IMG/VR virus record: IMGVR_UViG_3300020442_002637
Length of the DNA: 60,958 bases
Reading direction: 5' to 3' (one strand)
Origin: an uncultured virus (IMG/VR IMGVR_UViG_3300020442_002637)
Taxonomy: Duplodnaviria; Heunggongvirae; Uroviricota; Caudoviricetes
Shown here: piece after piece, positions 45,404-54,304 of the stretch
Position numbering within the stretch: position 1 is the first letter of the stretch
Layout: each line of letters starts with the position of its first letter
Program-made: the position numbers and the translations under genes
Notes under the pieces: generated by a model
Database searches by the model: none
Told to the model about the DNA's origin: nothing
What the model saw: the letters and a program-made list of their open reading frames with translations, nothing else

Positions 45404-47588
45404 TTGACGCTAAAATGATTTTACATTTTCCGCCATTTTTGAGTTCACCAAATAACATCGCTCTACTTAAAGGTTTTTTGATTTCTCTATCAATAACCCT
45501 TTGCAGAGGTCTTGCACCCATTTTCCTGTCATATCCTTTTTCAACAAGATAATCAAGAGCAGGGTCGTCTATAGTAAGATCAATATTCTTACCATCAATT
45601 TGATTTTTAAGAGCAAGTAAAAATTTACCAACAATTTTTAGCATGACTTCTTTGCTTAATTTACCAAAGGTTATTACTCCATCTAATCTATTTCTAAATT
45701 CTGGAGCAAAAAATCTTTTTAATTCTTCGTCTTCGTATTCATCTTCCCAATCATCACCAAATCCTATAGTGCCTCTTTCTGCTTGTTCTGCACCTAAATT
45801 AGTTGTTAAAATTAAAACACAATTTCTTGCATCTGCTTCTTTACCATTACTACCTGTAATTTTTCCATTATCCATAATTTGGAGTAAAATCTGTGACACA
45901 TCGGGGTGTGCCTTTTCTACTTCGTCTAATAATAAAACACAGTTAGGATTCTCTTGTAATTTAGTAATTAACAATCCGTGATTTTCTTCATATCCTACAT
46001 ATCCTGGAGGCGAACCAATTAGTTTTGCCACAGCATGTTTTTCTTGATACTCACTCATATCAAAACGTACAAGTTTTACGCCTAAATGATTTGCAAGTTG
46101 TTTTGCAGTTTCTGTTTTACCAGTGCCGGTAGGCCCCATAAAAATAAAACTTCCAATAGGTTTATTTTCTTCCTTTAATCCAGCTTGAGCAACTAATATT
46201 TTATCAACAATATCTTCGACTGCTTTGTCTTGACCATATACACTTGTTTTGATATTTTTTTCAAGATTTGCTAAGTTATCATTTTCTTTTTCTGCTACTT
46301 GCTCTTCAGGTAATTGTACAACTTTTGCTAATTCAAATTGAATATTTTTGTCACTTACAATTTTTACTTCACTTTCTTCTTTTAAGTTAAATCTTGAACA
46401 TGCTAAATCAATCAAATCAATTGCTTTATCTGGAAGTTTTTTATCAGTTTGATATTTTACACTTAATTTAATTGCACTATCAATAGCTTCATCTGTAATC
46501 ACTGTTTTATGAAAATCTTCATAATATTTTTTGACGCCCATCAAAATATCCATTGTTATTTCTGGTGATGGTTCGTCAACTGTAACTCTTTGGAAACGTC
46601 TCATTAAAGCACGATCTTTTTCAAAGTACTTTCTATATTCTTCCCAAGTTGTTGAAGCAACAACTTTTATATTTCCTTTGCTTAATGCAGGCTTTAACAT
46701 GTTAGCTAGATCGTTAGATGAATTAGGTCCTCCTGATCCTGCTCCACTAATCATATGAGCCTCATCTATAAACATAATAGTATTACCTTTGTTTTTTAAA
46801 CCTGCTAAAACAAGTTTAAAACGTTCTTCAAAATCACCTCTGTATTTAGAACCTGCTAATAATGAACCTATGTCGAGCATGTAAACATTGTAGTCTTGTA
46901 AAAATCTAGGACACTGTTTGTTTTCTATTTTGAAAGCTAGTCCTTCTGCTATAGCAGTTTTTCCAACGCCAGGATCTCCAACTAATAATACATTATTTTT
47001 ATTACGTCTACCTAAAGCTAATGCAATACTATCAAGTTCGTCTTCTCTGCCAATTACTGGGTCTATTTTATTTTGTTTGACTTCATGATTCAAATGAGTT
47101 GTAAATGCACGTAAAGCTCTTTGTGCTTGTCCGCTCATTTCTTCATCTTCTAAATCCATTATTTCGTTTTGTAGATAGTCTGCTAGTTTATCTTTAGCAA
47201 TTCCGCCTTTTTCTAGATAATAGTTTGCTACAGACTTCTTTTCAGAGAGTATGCTTAATACTACATCTGCCAAATCTATATGCGATCTACCACTAAACAA
47301 TGTTTGTGTAAAAGCTCTATTAAGAACACGTTCTACAGTTTGTGTTTTTTTAGGTTTTAACTTTTCTTCAGTCTTTATATCATCACAAGATGTTTTTAAA
47401 TGATGTTCTAAATTTGTTTTAATGTATTCGACATCTGCTCCATAACCTTTGAGCATATTATATAACGATTCACTGCACATCATAGCAAACAGAAGGTGTT
47501 CTAGAGTAACATATTCGTGTCCAAGATTTTTTGCATCTTTTATCGATTTTTCAAATACTAACTTTAAATCTTCACTGGGTTCTACCAT
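45333..47588 (-). CDS. clpA: ATP-dependent Clp protease ATP-binding subunit
   Basis: Clp N-domain HEYVTLEHLL, GDPGVGKT, GPTGTGKT, RFDMSEY, IGF ClpP-docking loop, MGARPL; no ClpB middle domain. Confidence 0.92.
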   Translation of the reverse strand: MVEPSEDLKLVFEKSIKDAKNLGHEYVTLEHLLFAMMCSESLYNMLKGYGADVEYIKTNLEHHLKTSCDDIKTEEKLKPKKTQTVERVLNRAFTQTLFSGRSHIDLADVVLSILSEKKSVANYYLEKGGIAKDKLADYLQNEIMDLEDEEMSGQAQRALRAFTTHLNHEVKQNKIDPVIGREDELDSIALALGRRNKNNVLLVGDPGVGKTAIAEGLAFKIENKQCPRFLQDYNVYMLDIGSLLAGSKYRGDFEERFKLVLAGLKNKGNTIMFIDEAHMISGAGSGGPNSSNDLANMLKPALSKGNIKVVASTTWEEYRKYFEKDRALMRRFQRVTVDEPSPEITMDILMGVKKYYEDFHKTVITDEAIDSAIKLSVKYQTDKKLPDKAIDLIDLACSRFNLKEESEVKIVSDKNIQFELAKVVQLPEEQVAEKENDNLANLEKNIKTSVYGQDKAVEDIVDKILVAQAGLKEENKPIGSFIFMGPTGTGKTETAKQLANHLGVKLVRFDMSEYQEKHAVAKLIGSPPGYVGYEENHGLLITKLQENPNCVLLLDEVEKAHPDVSQILLQIMDNGKITGSNGKEADARNCVLILTTNLGAEQAERGTIGFGDDWEDEYEDEELKRFFAPEFRNRLDGVITFGKLSKEVMLKIVGKFLLALKNQIDGKNIDLTIDDPALDYLVEKGYDRKMGARPLQRVIDREIKKPLSRAMLFGELKNGGKCKIILASNDSLKLQFKKEKIEKTTNKETVL

Positions 47589-47616
47589 TATTTTTCCTTA
47601 TATCTAACTTCCTTAC

Positions 47617-47644
47617 ATTATACAAAATACACAAAATAAGTCAA
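47617..47644 (-). promoter_or_regulatory. Sigma70-type promoter for clpA
   Basis: TTGACT-16-TATAAT. Confidence 0.65.
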
Positions 47645-47645
47645 C

Positions 47646-48500
47646 TTATTTGGTAATATTGCTTCTTAGCTGTTTTATCACTTCTATCTGTTCTTCTGTC
47701 AATTTTGGCATTGTACAACCTACTTCTATAAACAAGTTACCTCTTACTTTATTATTTACGTTCGGAGCACCATACCCGTTAACACTAAAGACTGTGCCAG
47801 GATTAGTACCATTTGGTATTTTTAGATTAATTGATCCTCCTTCTGGCGTGTTTACTTTTTTATTACAACCTATCAATAGATCTAGTGCATCGACGAGTAT
47901 TTTTGTATATATATTATCACCATCTCTATTAAAACTAGGATGTCCTTTGATTTGTATAGATACGATTAAGTCACCTCTTGGAAACTCCTTCATTGTTCCG
48001 TCGCCGTATCCTGGATATTTTACTATGTCATTTTGTTTGACTCCTGGCGGTATTCTAATATCTAATACTTCATGTCCACCTTGTGGCAAGTTATATGTAA
48101 TTGTGGTGTTTTTTCCTGTGAATATATCTGCAAAATCTATCGAATAATTTAATCTTATATCTTTATTTTTATAAGTTTGTCGTTGTTGTGGTCTAGGGCC
48201 ACCCATTCCAAATCCTTGCCCAAACATAGAGAAAATATCATTTAAGTCCATACCGCCGTTAAAATTATAAGTTCTTGTATGAGGATTGAAATTTTGCTGT
48301 GGATCTGCTGTGCCAAATTGATCGTAATTATTACGTTTCTGCGGATCTTTTAGTACGTCATATGCTTCTGTAATTTTTGCAAACTTGGCAGAATCTCCAC
48401 CCTTATCAGGATGGTTTGCCATTGCTAGTTTTCGATAGGCTTTTTTAATATCAGAAGCTGAAGCGGTTTTACTGACACCTAAAGTTGAGTAGTAGTCCAT
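47646..48500 (-). CDS. Class B J-domain co-chaperone (DnaJ/CbpA-like, no Zn finger)
   Basis: MDYYSTLGV, HPDKGG, G/F region, C-terminal substrate-binding domain. Confidence 0.92.
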   Translation of the reverse strand: MDYYSTLGVSKTASASDIKKAYRKLAMANHPDKGGDSAKFAKITEAYDVLKDPQKRNNYDQFGTADPQQNFNPHTRTYNFNGGMDLNDIFSMFGQGFGMGGPRPQQRQTYKNKDIRLNYSIDFADIFTGKNTTITYNLPQGGHEVLDIRIPPGVKQNDIVKYPGYGDGTMKEFPRGDLIVSIQIKGHPSFNRDGDNIYTKILVDALDLLIGCNKKVNTPEGGSINLKIPNGTNPGTVFSVNGYGAPNVNNKVRGNLFIEVGCTMPKLTEEQIEVIKQLRSNITK

Positions 48501-48512
48501 ACTACTACTTAT

Positions 48513-48962
48513 TTACAAAGTAACTACCTTAGCTTCAATTAGGCGCTTCCTGTTTCTCATATGGGCTTCTTGAATATCATCTTTTGATTGCCCATGATAA
48601 GCTACAGCATGGCCTTCTTTGATTAGGGATTCTGTAAGAGTTGACCATCTATCATATGCAGGAAAATAAATTTTGAAATCTCCTAGAATTCTACCAAATT
48701 TTCCTTTTTTATCTTCGCCTGATTTATCAATCTCAGTTTTGAGAACCTGCATTGAACCTATAGGTAAAAGTTCTTTTACTCTTTCTTTCGCGGCAAGTCC
48801 AAATGCTTTTTCTTCTAAATCACGTGTACGAGATTCTGGAGTATCTATTCCATTCACTCGTACTCGTTCTTTATGCATCCAAACTCCAAATCCTAGGTCA
48901 ATATCAACATCCACAGTGTCCCCATCTACTACTCTAAGTATTTTGCATTTGTATTCGTACAT
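48513..48962 (-). CDS. Staphylococcal nuclease (SNase)-like protein
   Basis: VVDGDTV, RVNGIDTPE, GKFGRILG. Confidence 0.88.
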   Translation of the reverse strand: MYEYKCKILRVVDGDTVDVDIDLGFGVWMHKERVRVNGIDTPESRTRDLEEKAFGLAAKERVKELLPIGSMQVLKTEIDKSGEDKKGKFGRILGDFKIYFPAYDRWSTLTESLIKEGHAVAYHGQSKDDIQEAHMRNRKRLIEAKVVTL

Positions 48963-48963
48963 A

Positions 48964-49482
48964 TTACTTCCTATTTGCTAATGGATTATCAAGAGCTCTT
49001 TGAAGTTTGCTTTCCATTTCTTCTTCTAAATCTTTTATCTTGCTCTCTAATAACTCCTTGGTAGATGAGTTTTCTCTTACCAGCATATCTTTTTGAGCAA
49101 CATATTGATTAAGCAAATCATCACGCTTTGTATCAAATCTTGTTTCAGCATCGTCGATTAGAGTTCTTGTTTTTGTTTCCACTTCATTGATATCGTCTTC
49201 AACTTTATCAATAATTTTTTCTAATCTAACAATGTCGTCACGTAGCCCATTTTTGATATCTCTAGAATAATCTAAAGCCTCATCTAGCTTTGTATTTATA
49301 ACATCCATTCTAGCATTTACTTGTCCAGTATCTATGTTTGCAATAATATCTTTCATGTTTGTGTAGTCTTTGTAAAATTCAAAACTTGCCCAAAGACCTC
49401 CAGCTATTGCAGATACAACTGGTAAAACTAAAAGCAATTTACTTCCTTTAATTTTAGCTCCTGCTATTTCTATTTCAGCCAT
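48964..49482 (-). CDS. Membrane-anchored coiled-coil protein
   Basis: N-terminal TM helix, long heptad region, ALDNPL end. Confidence 0.65.
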   Translation of the reverse strand: MAEIEIAGAKIKGSKLLLVLPVVSAIAGGLWASFEFYKDYTNMKDIIANIDTGQVNARMDVINTKLDEALDYSRDIKNGLRDDIVRLEKIIDKVEDDINEVETKTRTLIDDAETRFDTKRDDLLNQYVAQKDMLVRENSSTKELLESKIKDLEEEMESKLQRALDNPLANRK

Positions 49483-49491
49483 GCATCCCTC

Positions 49492-51648
49492 CTATTTTAA
49501 GTTATACTGTAATGCTTCAAGTTCATCATACTTTGGATCATTTACGAACCATCTTGCCCAATGATGATCCACTGTTGGCTTTGGTGGATACCCTACAGCA
49601 TCTTTATTTTCTTTATCATTATAATCAAATCCTGGCACAAAAGAAATAAGTGCAAGGAGTTGTCTTTGTACTAACATTTGTTGTTCTATAGTAACTGCCT
49701 GTTCTACCTTTTTTGTTAATTCATTTGCCTTTTTTGCAATCAACAATTTCATTTTTTGGTTTTTGCTTTTTTGTTTTTCTTCTTTACTAGGAGTGTTTTC
49801 TTTTATTTTTTCTTGTTTTGACTCCTCTTTGGTTTTCTTGACTTCAACTTCTTCAGAAGATTCTTCGCTTTCAACTGTATTTTCTTTCGTCTCTTCTTGG
49901 GTAGTTTCTTCATCATTTGTTGCAGTGTTTTCATCTTCTGCTACATCCTCTGTATCAATCTCTTCTTCAACAGCATCTGTTGGTGTTTCAATTTCTTCAA
50001 ATTCTTGTTCAAATATTTCTTGTTCTAATTCACTTTCTAAAGAAGCTACATCATCTATTGCTTCTGGCACTGTTTCTTCAAATGTGTCTACTTCTACAAC
50101 AACTATTTCTGGTACTTCAGGCACTGTGTTTATTCCTTCAATTTCTATTCCTGTTGCATTTGTAAAGTCAGACGTTACATCATCTTCTAGTGCATCTTGA
50201 ACTGGATCAAAATCAACTCCTGTATCAACAACATCTAATGGCACATAGTTTGGACAAGTACTATCATATTGACTATCTAGATTACATTGTTGGTCAAAGT
50301 ATGCTTGATCATAACCTAAACAGCTTGTATCATACAAAGGATTAATCATACACTGCTGTTCCAAGTATGCTTCGTCGTATCCTGTACAACCTGAGTCATA
50401 CAATGGATCTAAACTACATTGTTGATTGTAGTATGCAGTTTCGTATCCTGTACAACCGGAATCATATAGTGGATTTAAACTACATTGTTGATTGTAGTAT
50501 GCAGTTTCATATCCTGTACAGCCTGAATCATATAATGGATCTAAGTCACACTGTTGATTGTAATATGCAGTATCATAACCAGAACAACCAGAGTCGTATA
50601 AAGGATTCAGCTCACATTGTTGATCATAATATGCTTGTGCATATCCAGGACATCCACTGTCGTAAAGTGGATCACTTGCACATGCTTGTTGATATAATAA
50701 TGCGGCATATGCTTCTGCATAACCTGTGCAATAAACACTTATTAAAGGATTAGCAGTGCAGGCCGCACCTAGGTTAAAGCTGATAATTTCAGAAGTTGGA
50801 TTTGTAGTAGAATCTGTTTGTAGATTTTGCACATTACTTGTCGTATAATTTGTAGCTGATGATGTATAATAATAATCATATTGTTCTACGTCACCTTTGT
50901 CTAAATCTCCTGTAACAGCAATAGTAACAGAATGGTTACGTATATCTATATCAAAGTAATGCTTCTCAACAACATTGCTATCATTTATTTGAACTCCGAA
51001 TGTATTATTAGTATTGTTGTTTCTATATTCTGATATATTTCTCCAGTAGTATCTCATAGTGTCAAATGAACCATCACCTGTCGTGTCTATTTTTCTTGTG
51101 AAGAATCCATTGTCATTTACTCCGTCACCATCTAAATCTTTATTTAAATTTATTAGATCAGTCCATAGTGCCGCAATAGAATAACTTATATAAGGAATAC
51201 CATGAGCGTTACCGCTTCTTCCAGTATAATAGTTCGTACCAGTATAGTTACCAGACAATATGCCCTCAATATCTTCACCATTACAACAGAAATTGCTTTG
51301 ATAAGGAGTTCCTGGACTTGTAGCTGTGTTGTTGACTGCTAGGAAGGATATAATACCATTTGAATGCATCCATGAATGCACAAATGTTTTATCATATAGT
51401 GTAAATGAAAAAGGTAATGGAACACTGGCATAACTGTCATCACTTATAGTATGCTGTGTAACATCTGAATCTTTTTGAGGATTAATAAACTCACCACTGT
51501 CTTCGTCATATTGACATGATGAATACCAAGGCGTGGCATCGCAATCTATACCGTATTGATTTGTACCAGCGTTAGAGTAAGAGCAATAAAAGAAGAGTGC
51601 TAAGACCAATAGCAGTCCCGGCAGCCTCAGCTTGACGTTTTTGAACAT
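49492..51648 (-). CDS. Secreted protein with NIDO-like domain, 22-aa Cys repeats and acidic stalk
   Basis: Signal peptide; DD...VPLPFSFTLY..SNGIISF..IAALWTDL; repeats; E-rich region. Confidence 0.7.
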   Translation of the reverse strand: MFKNVKLRLPGLLLVLALFFYCSYSNAGTNQYGIDCDATPWYSSCQYDEDSGEFINPQKDSDVTQHTISDDSYASVPLPFSFTLYDKTFVHSWMHSNGIISFLAVNNTATSPGTPYQSNFCCNGEDIEGILSGNYTGTNYYTGRSGNAHGIPYISYSIAALWTDLINLNKDLDGDGVNDNGFFTRKIDTTGDGSFDTMRYYWRNISEYRNNNTNNTFGVQINDSNVVEKHYFDIDIRNHSVTIAVTGDLDKGDVEQYDYYYTSSATNYTTSNVQNLQTDSTTNPTSEIISFNLGAACTANPLISVYCTGYAEAYAALLYQQACASDPLYDSGCPGYAQAYYDQQCELNPLYDSGCSGYDTAYYNQQCDLDPLYDSGCTGYETAYYNQQCSLNPLYDSGCTGYETAYYNQQCSLDPLYDSGCTGYDEAYLEQQCMINPLYDTSCLGYDQAYFDQQCNLDSQYDSTCPNYVPLDVVDTGVDFDPVQDALEDDVTSDFTNATGIEIEGINTVPEVPEIVVVEVDTFEETVPEAIDDVASLESELEQEIFEQEFEEIETPTDAVEEEIDTEDVAEDENTATNDEETTQEETKENTVESEESSEEVEVKKTKEESKQEKIKENTPSKEEKQKSKNQKMKLLIAKKANELTKKVEQAVTIEQQMLVQRQLLALISFVPGFDYNDKENKDAVGYPPKPTVDHHWARWFVNDPKYDELEALQYNLK
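50245..50760 (-). repeat. About eight tandem 66-nt (22-aa) coding repeats CxLxPLYDSGCxGYxxAYYxQQ
   Basis: Directly visible in the translation and DNA. Confidence 0.9.
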
Positions 51649-52123
51649 CTTGTTTAGTCTCCAATACTACAGTGTCAGGGATTTTATTAGGATTAGCTTT
51701 CCATTCGTCTGCCGCTTGTTCGCCTATTTTACCTAAGAATGGACATGGTGTACCTGCCATTTCCATTGCATCATAAACTCGTCTATCCTGACAAAGCACA
51801 GAAACAGCCGCAACTTTCATCCCCATATCATATAGTGTTTTCGAAATTTTCAATCGTTCACAATTTTCATCTCTTACAGTTTCGCCAGATGAGATTCCTA
51901 AAATCTGTGTTTGCACTGCTCCTGCAACACCAACTGTACATAAGTCTGAACTACTGCCATTTACACTAGGCGTGATTGCCGAAGGTGGTGGAGAAATAAC
52001 CACTGTTTGTCCTTTGGTGGTTACGTCAGAAGTGCTGTTAGTTGTTGTATTCACATTTGTTTGTGCGTTGGCTCCGGCGGTAAAAAAAGTTACCAACACA
52101 GCCAGAAATAAAAATAATCTCAT
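51572..52123 (-). CDS. Exported Cys-containing protein with hydrophobic C-terminus
   Basis: Signal peptide, SPPPSA, DLC, D.NCERLK, LCQD, AGTPCP; GATAAATA upstream. Confidence 0.7.
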   Translation of the reverse strand: MRLFLFLAVLVTFFTAGANAQTNVNTTTNSTSDVTTKGQTVVISPPPSAITPSVNGSSSDLCTVGVAGAVQTQILGISSGETVRDENCERLKISKTLYDMGMKVAAVSVLCQDRRVYDAMEMAGTPCPFLGKIGEQAADEWKANPNKIPDTVVLETKQDVQKRQAEAAGTAIGLSTLLLLLLL

Positions 52124-52154
52124 AAGTGTGTAATCCCCTCAGATTCCTCGTATG

Positions 52155-52210
52155 TATTTATCATATTGGTGTAAATATTTTTACACCCTTATAATTTTAA
52201 AGTATAAATA
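52155..52210. promoter_or_regulatory. Divergent late promoters with central inverted repeat
   Basis: GATAAATA (-) 52155-52162, TATAAATA (+) 52203-52210, GGTGTAAA-tatt-TTTACACC 52168-52187. Confidence 0.65.
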
Positions 52211-52214
52211 AAAT

Positions 52215-52436
52215 ATGACTAACTGGAGAGAAGAACAAGACGCATTATGGGAAGCTCTTTCTATGTTTGATTATCCTCAGGATAAACCATTACCTGAAGA
52301 AGTTTATGATTTGGAAAAGCATAGAATAAATCATGCCCTTGTTGCACACGACGGAAACAAAAGTCAGGCGGCGAAGGATCTAGGAATAGGTAGGACTAAT
52401 CTAATAGCTAAATGTAAAAAATACAATATTGGGTAA
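52215..52436 (+). CDS. Stand-alone Fis-type HTH protein
   Basis: LEK..I..AL...GNKSQAAKDLGIGRTNL..K.KKY. Confidence 0.85.
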   Translation: MTNWREEQDALWEALSMFDYPQDKPLPEEVYDLEKHRINHALVAHDGNKSQAAKDLGIGRTNLIAKCKKYNIG

Positions 52437-52442
52437 ATTTAG

Positions 52443-52811
52443 TTATTTCCGACTACCAGTATATAGGCCAAACCAAGCGGCACCTGCTCCAACCACTATG
52501 CTAATCAGCCCTGATTGCTCCATGCTAGGGTCTGGTAATTCCATATACCAAATAACACATTTATAAAGCAAAATGATGTAAGTTGTAATGAATATTCTAG
52601 GAAATATTCTCCAGCTATCTACAGCTTTTGCCATATGTATAATTTTTGCATATGGATTAGGACCTAAGTCTTTTACACTTGTGTCTACTTCTAAATCTAA
52701 TTTTACTTTCTTTGTAGCACCTGTGCTACTTGCAGGAACTACAACTTCAGCATCTGCTTTTGGTTTTTCAACCTTTACAGGCTCTAAGTCTTCGAGTTTT
52801 TTTCTTGGCAT
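52443..52811 (-). CDS. Two-TM membrane protein, holin candidate
   Basis: DSWRIFPR plus two TM helices; downstream of lysis genes. Confidence 0.55.
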   Translation of the reverse strand: MPRKKLEDLEPVKVEKPKADAEVVVPASSTGATKKVKLDLEVDTSVKDLGPNPYAKIIHMAKAVDSWRIFPRIFITTYIILLYKCVIWYMELPDPSMEQSGLISIVVGAGAAWFGLYTGSRK

Positions 52812-53269
52812 TATTTTTTCCCTCTTTTTAATGTTTCTATTGACTCAGCATTTCTGCGAATCTCAGCAGTATTATTACTTATGTATGCATCTTGTGCTTT
52901 GTCTATAAGTTCTTGCATTCTAAGCCCTCTTTCTATATCAGAGTCTAAATGAAGATCCTTATTAATGATTTTTTCTAACTTGAGATTACTAATTCTATCA
53001 TTTGCAACATATCTCCAAGTATATCCTCTGTTGCCGTAGCAACCAAATACAGTTTCTCTCAGTCCTATTTTTACAATAATTGCCTGTTCACCATCTAATA
53101 ATACTTCATCGCCCTCATTAAAAGCAGGATTGAATCTGAATTTCAATCCCTGCATGAAATTGGTTGCAAAATCTTTGAACCAAAACGCCGCTGAAATACT
53201 GATAAGAATCGCAATCCAAGGAACCAACATTGTGGCAAAATCCAACCCCAGCTTGTCAAACGCTTCCAT
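52811..53269 (-). CDS. Minimal MscS-like mechanosensitive channel protein
   Basis: TM then KD...NF..G..F...FNEGD.V..DG....I..IGLR.T...VAN. Confidence 0.7.
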   Translation of the reverse strand: MEAFDKLGLDFATMLVPWIAILISISAAFWFKDFATNFMQGLKFRFNPAFNEGDEVLLDGEQAIIVKIGLRETVFGCYGNRGYTWRYVANDRISNLKLEKIINKDLHLDSDIERGLRMQELIDKAQDAYISNNTAEIRRNAESIETLKRGKK

Positions 53270-53554
53270 TTACTTCTCCAGTTTCTTAATTCTTTCTTCC
53301 AGTTCATCGATCTTTTTTGTTACATGCGGATATTTTTTACGCCATGCGTCAGTAGGTTGTTCAAACCATGTCCAACCCCATCTTTCAACTAAAAAATCTA
53401 GAATGCTATCAAATTTAGAATAACACCAAATTCCTATTCTAGTGCCTTTGAAATATGTTGAAAAAGCAAGTCCAAATAATGAACCTACTATAGCTGTATA
53501 GATCCATAGTCTATCTGAAGCCATTCTTCCAATCATTTCATAAAAATATTCCAT
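53270..53554 (-). CDS. Small membrane protein
   Basis: One TM helix; TATAAATA at 53561-53568. Confidence 0.6.
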   Translation of the reverse strand: MEYFYEMIGRMASDRLWIYTAIVGSLFGLAFSTYFKGTRIGIWCYSKFDSILDFLVERWGWTWFEQPTDAWRKKYPHVTKKIDELEERIKKLEK

Positions 53555-53578
53555 CAGTAGTATTTATACTGATTTTGA

Positions 53579-53971
53579 TTACTCTTTGGTGGGCTCGTCT
53601 GGCTTTACTGCTTCTTCGTAATATACAATGATTTCTGTCTGTTGTTCTATGTAGCGTCTAAGATCAGCAATGTTTATTGCAAGATTTTCGTAGTCTTTCA
53701 TTGAAAGCACAACATATGCAAGTTCACCATGTTCTGCGGTAAATTCTTCCACAAAGGAGTCGTAGTTGTCCTTTGTTACAACATAAACTCTAGTATCAAC
53801 TAGATCAATTGGTTTTGGTCGAGCTACTATCGGTACTGTTGTCTTCTCTATCTGTGTTACTACTTTTATCTCCGGTTCCCTTAGGGACGAGCAACCAGTT
53901 AGGAAGAGGAGAGTTACCATCGCCGCCAGTAGCGGCTTCAAGCTCACGCCATAATTTAGCTGTGGCACCAT
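53579..53971 (-). CDS. Probable o-spanin (lipoprotein)
   Basis: Lipobox LTGC; overlaps the 3' end of the i-spanin in another frame; start uncertain. Confidence 0.75.
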   Translation of the reverse strand: MVPQLNYGVSLKPLLAAMVTLLFLTGCSSLREPEIKVVTQIEKTTVPIVARPKPIDLVDTRVYVVTKDNYDSFVEEFTAEHGELAYVVLSMKDYENLAINIADLRRYIEQQTEIIVYYEEAVKPDEPTKE

Positions 53972-54299
53972 TCATCCTTCCTTCTAAATCTTTGCTATCT
54001 CTGATAGCATCTTGTACAAGATCTAACTCACGTAACCTATTACGCAAGTTGTCACCATATTGTTCTGCTTTTTGTAAATCTTTTGTTAATTTGTCTGATA
54101 AGTTATTGAGTCTTACATTATCTTCTTTAAGAAGTGCTATACTTTTTTCGCTTGTTTCTACTGCTGTTTCAAGTTTAGCATTATTAAGTCGCATAATTTC
54201 AAGATTGGATTGTAATTGTTTTACGTAAAAAAATCCTCCCCCAGCGCCGGCTAGAAGTCCCACTACTAGAAGTAATTTTAATCCACTGAGGATACCCAT
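53805..54299 (-). CDS. Probable i-spanin
   Basis: N-terminal TM plus coiled coil, directly after the endolysin. Confidence 0.75.
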   Translation of the reverse strand: MGILSGLKLLLVVGLLAGAGGGFFYVKQLQSNLEIMRLNNAKLETAVETSEKSIALLKEDNVRLNNLSDKLTKDLQKAEQYGDNLRNRLRELDLVQDAIRDSKDLEGRMNGATAKLWRELEAATGGDGNSPLPNWLLVPKGTGDKSSNTDREDNSTDSSSTKTN

Positions 54300-54304
54300 A
54301 CTCT

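Noticed and set aside
50245..50760. Regular 66-nt repeats as a possible CRISPR array
   Set aside because: In-frame coding repeats with synonymous variation and no unique spacers; no cas genes.
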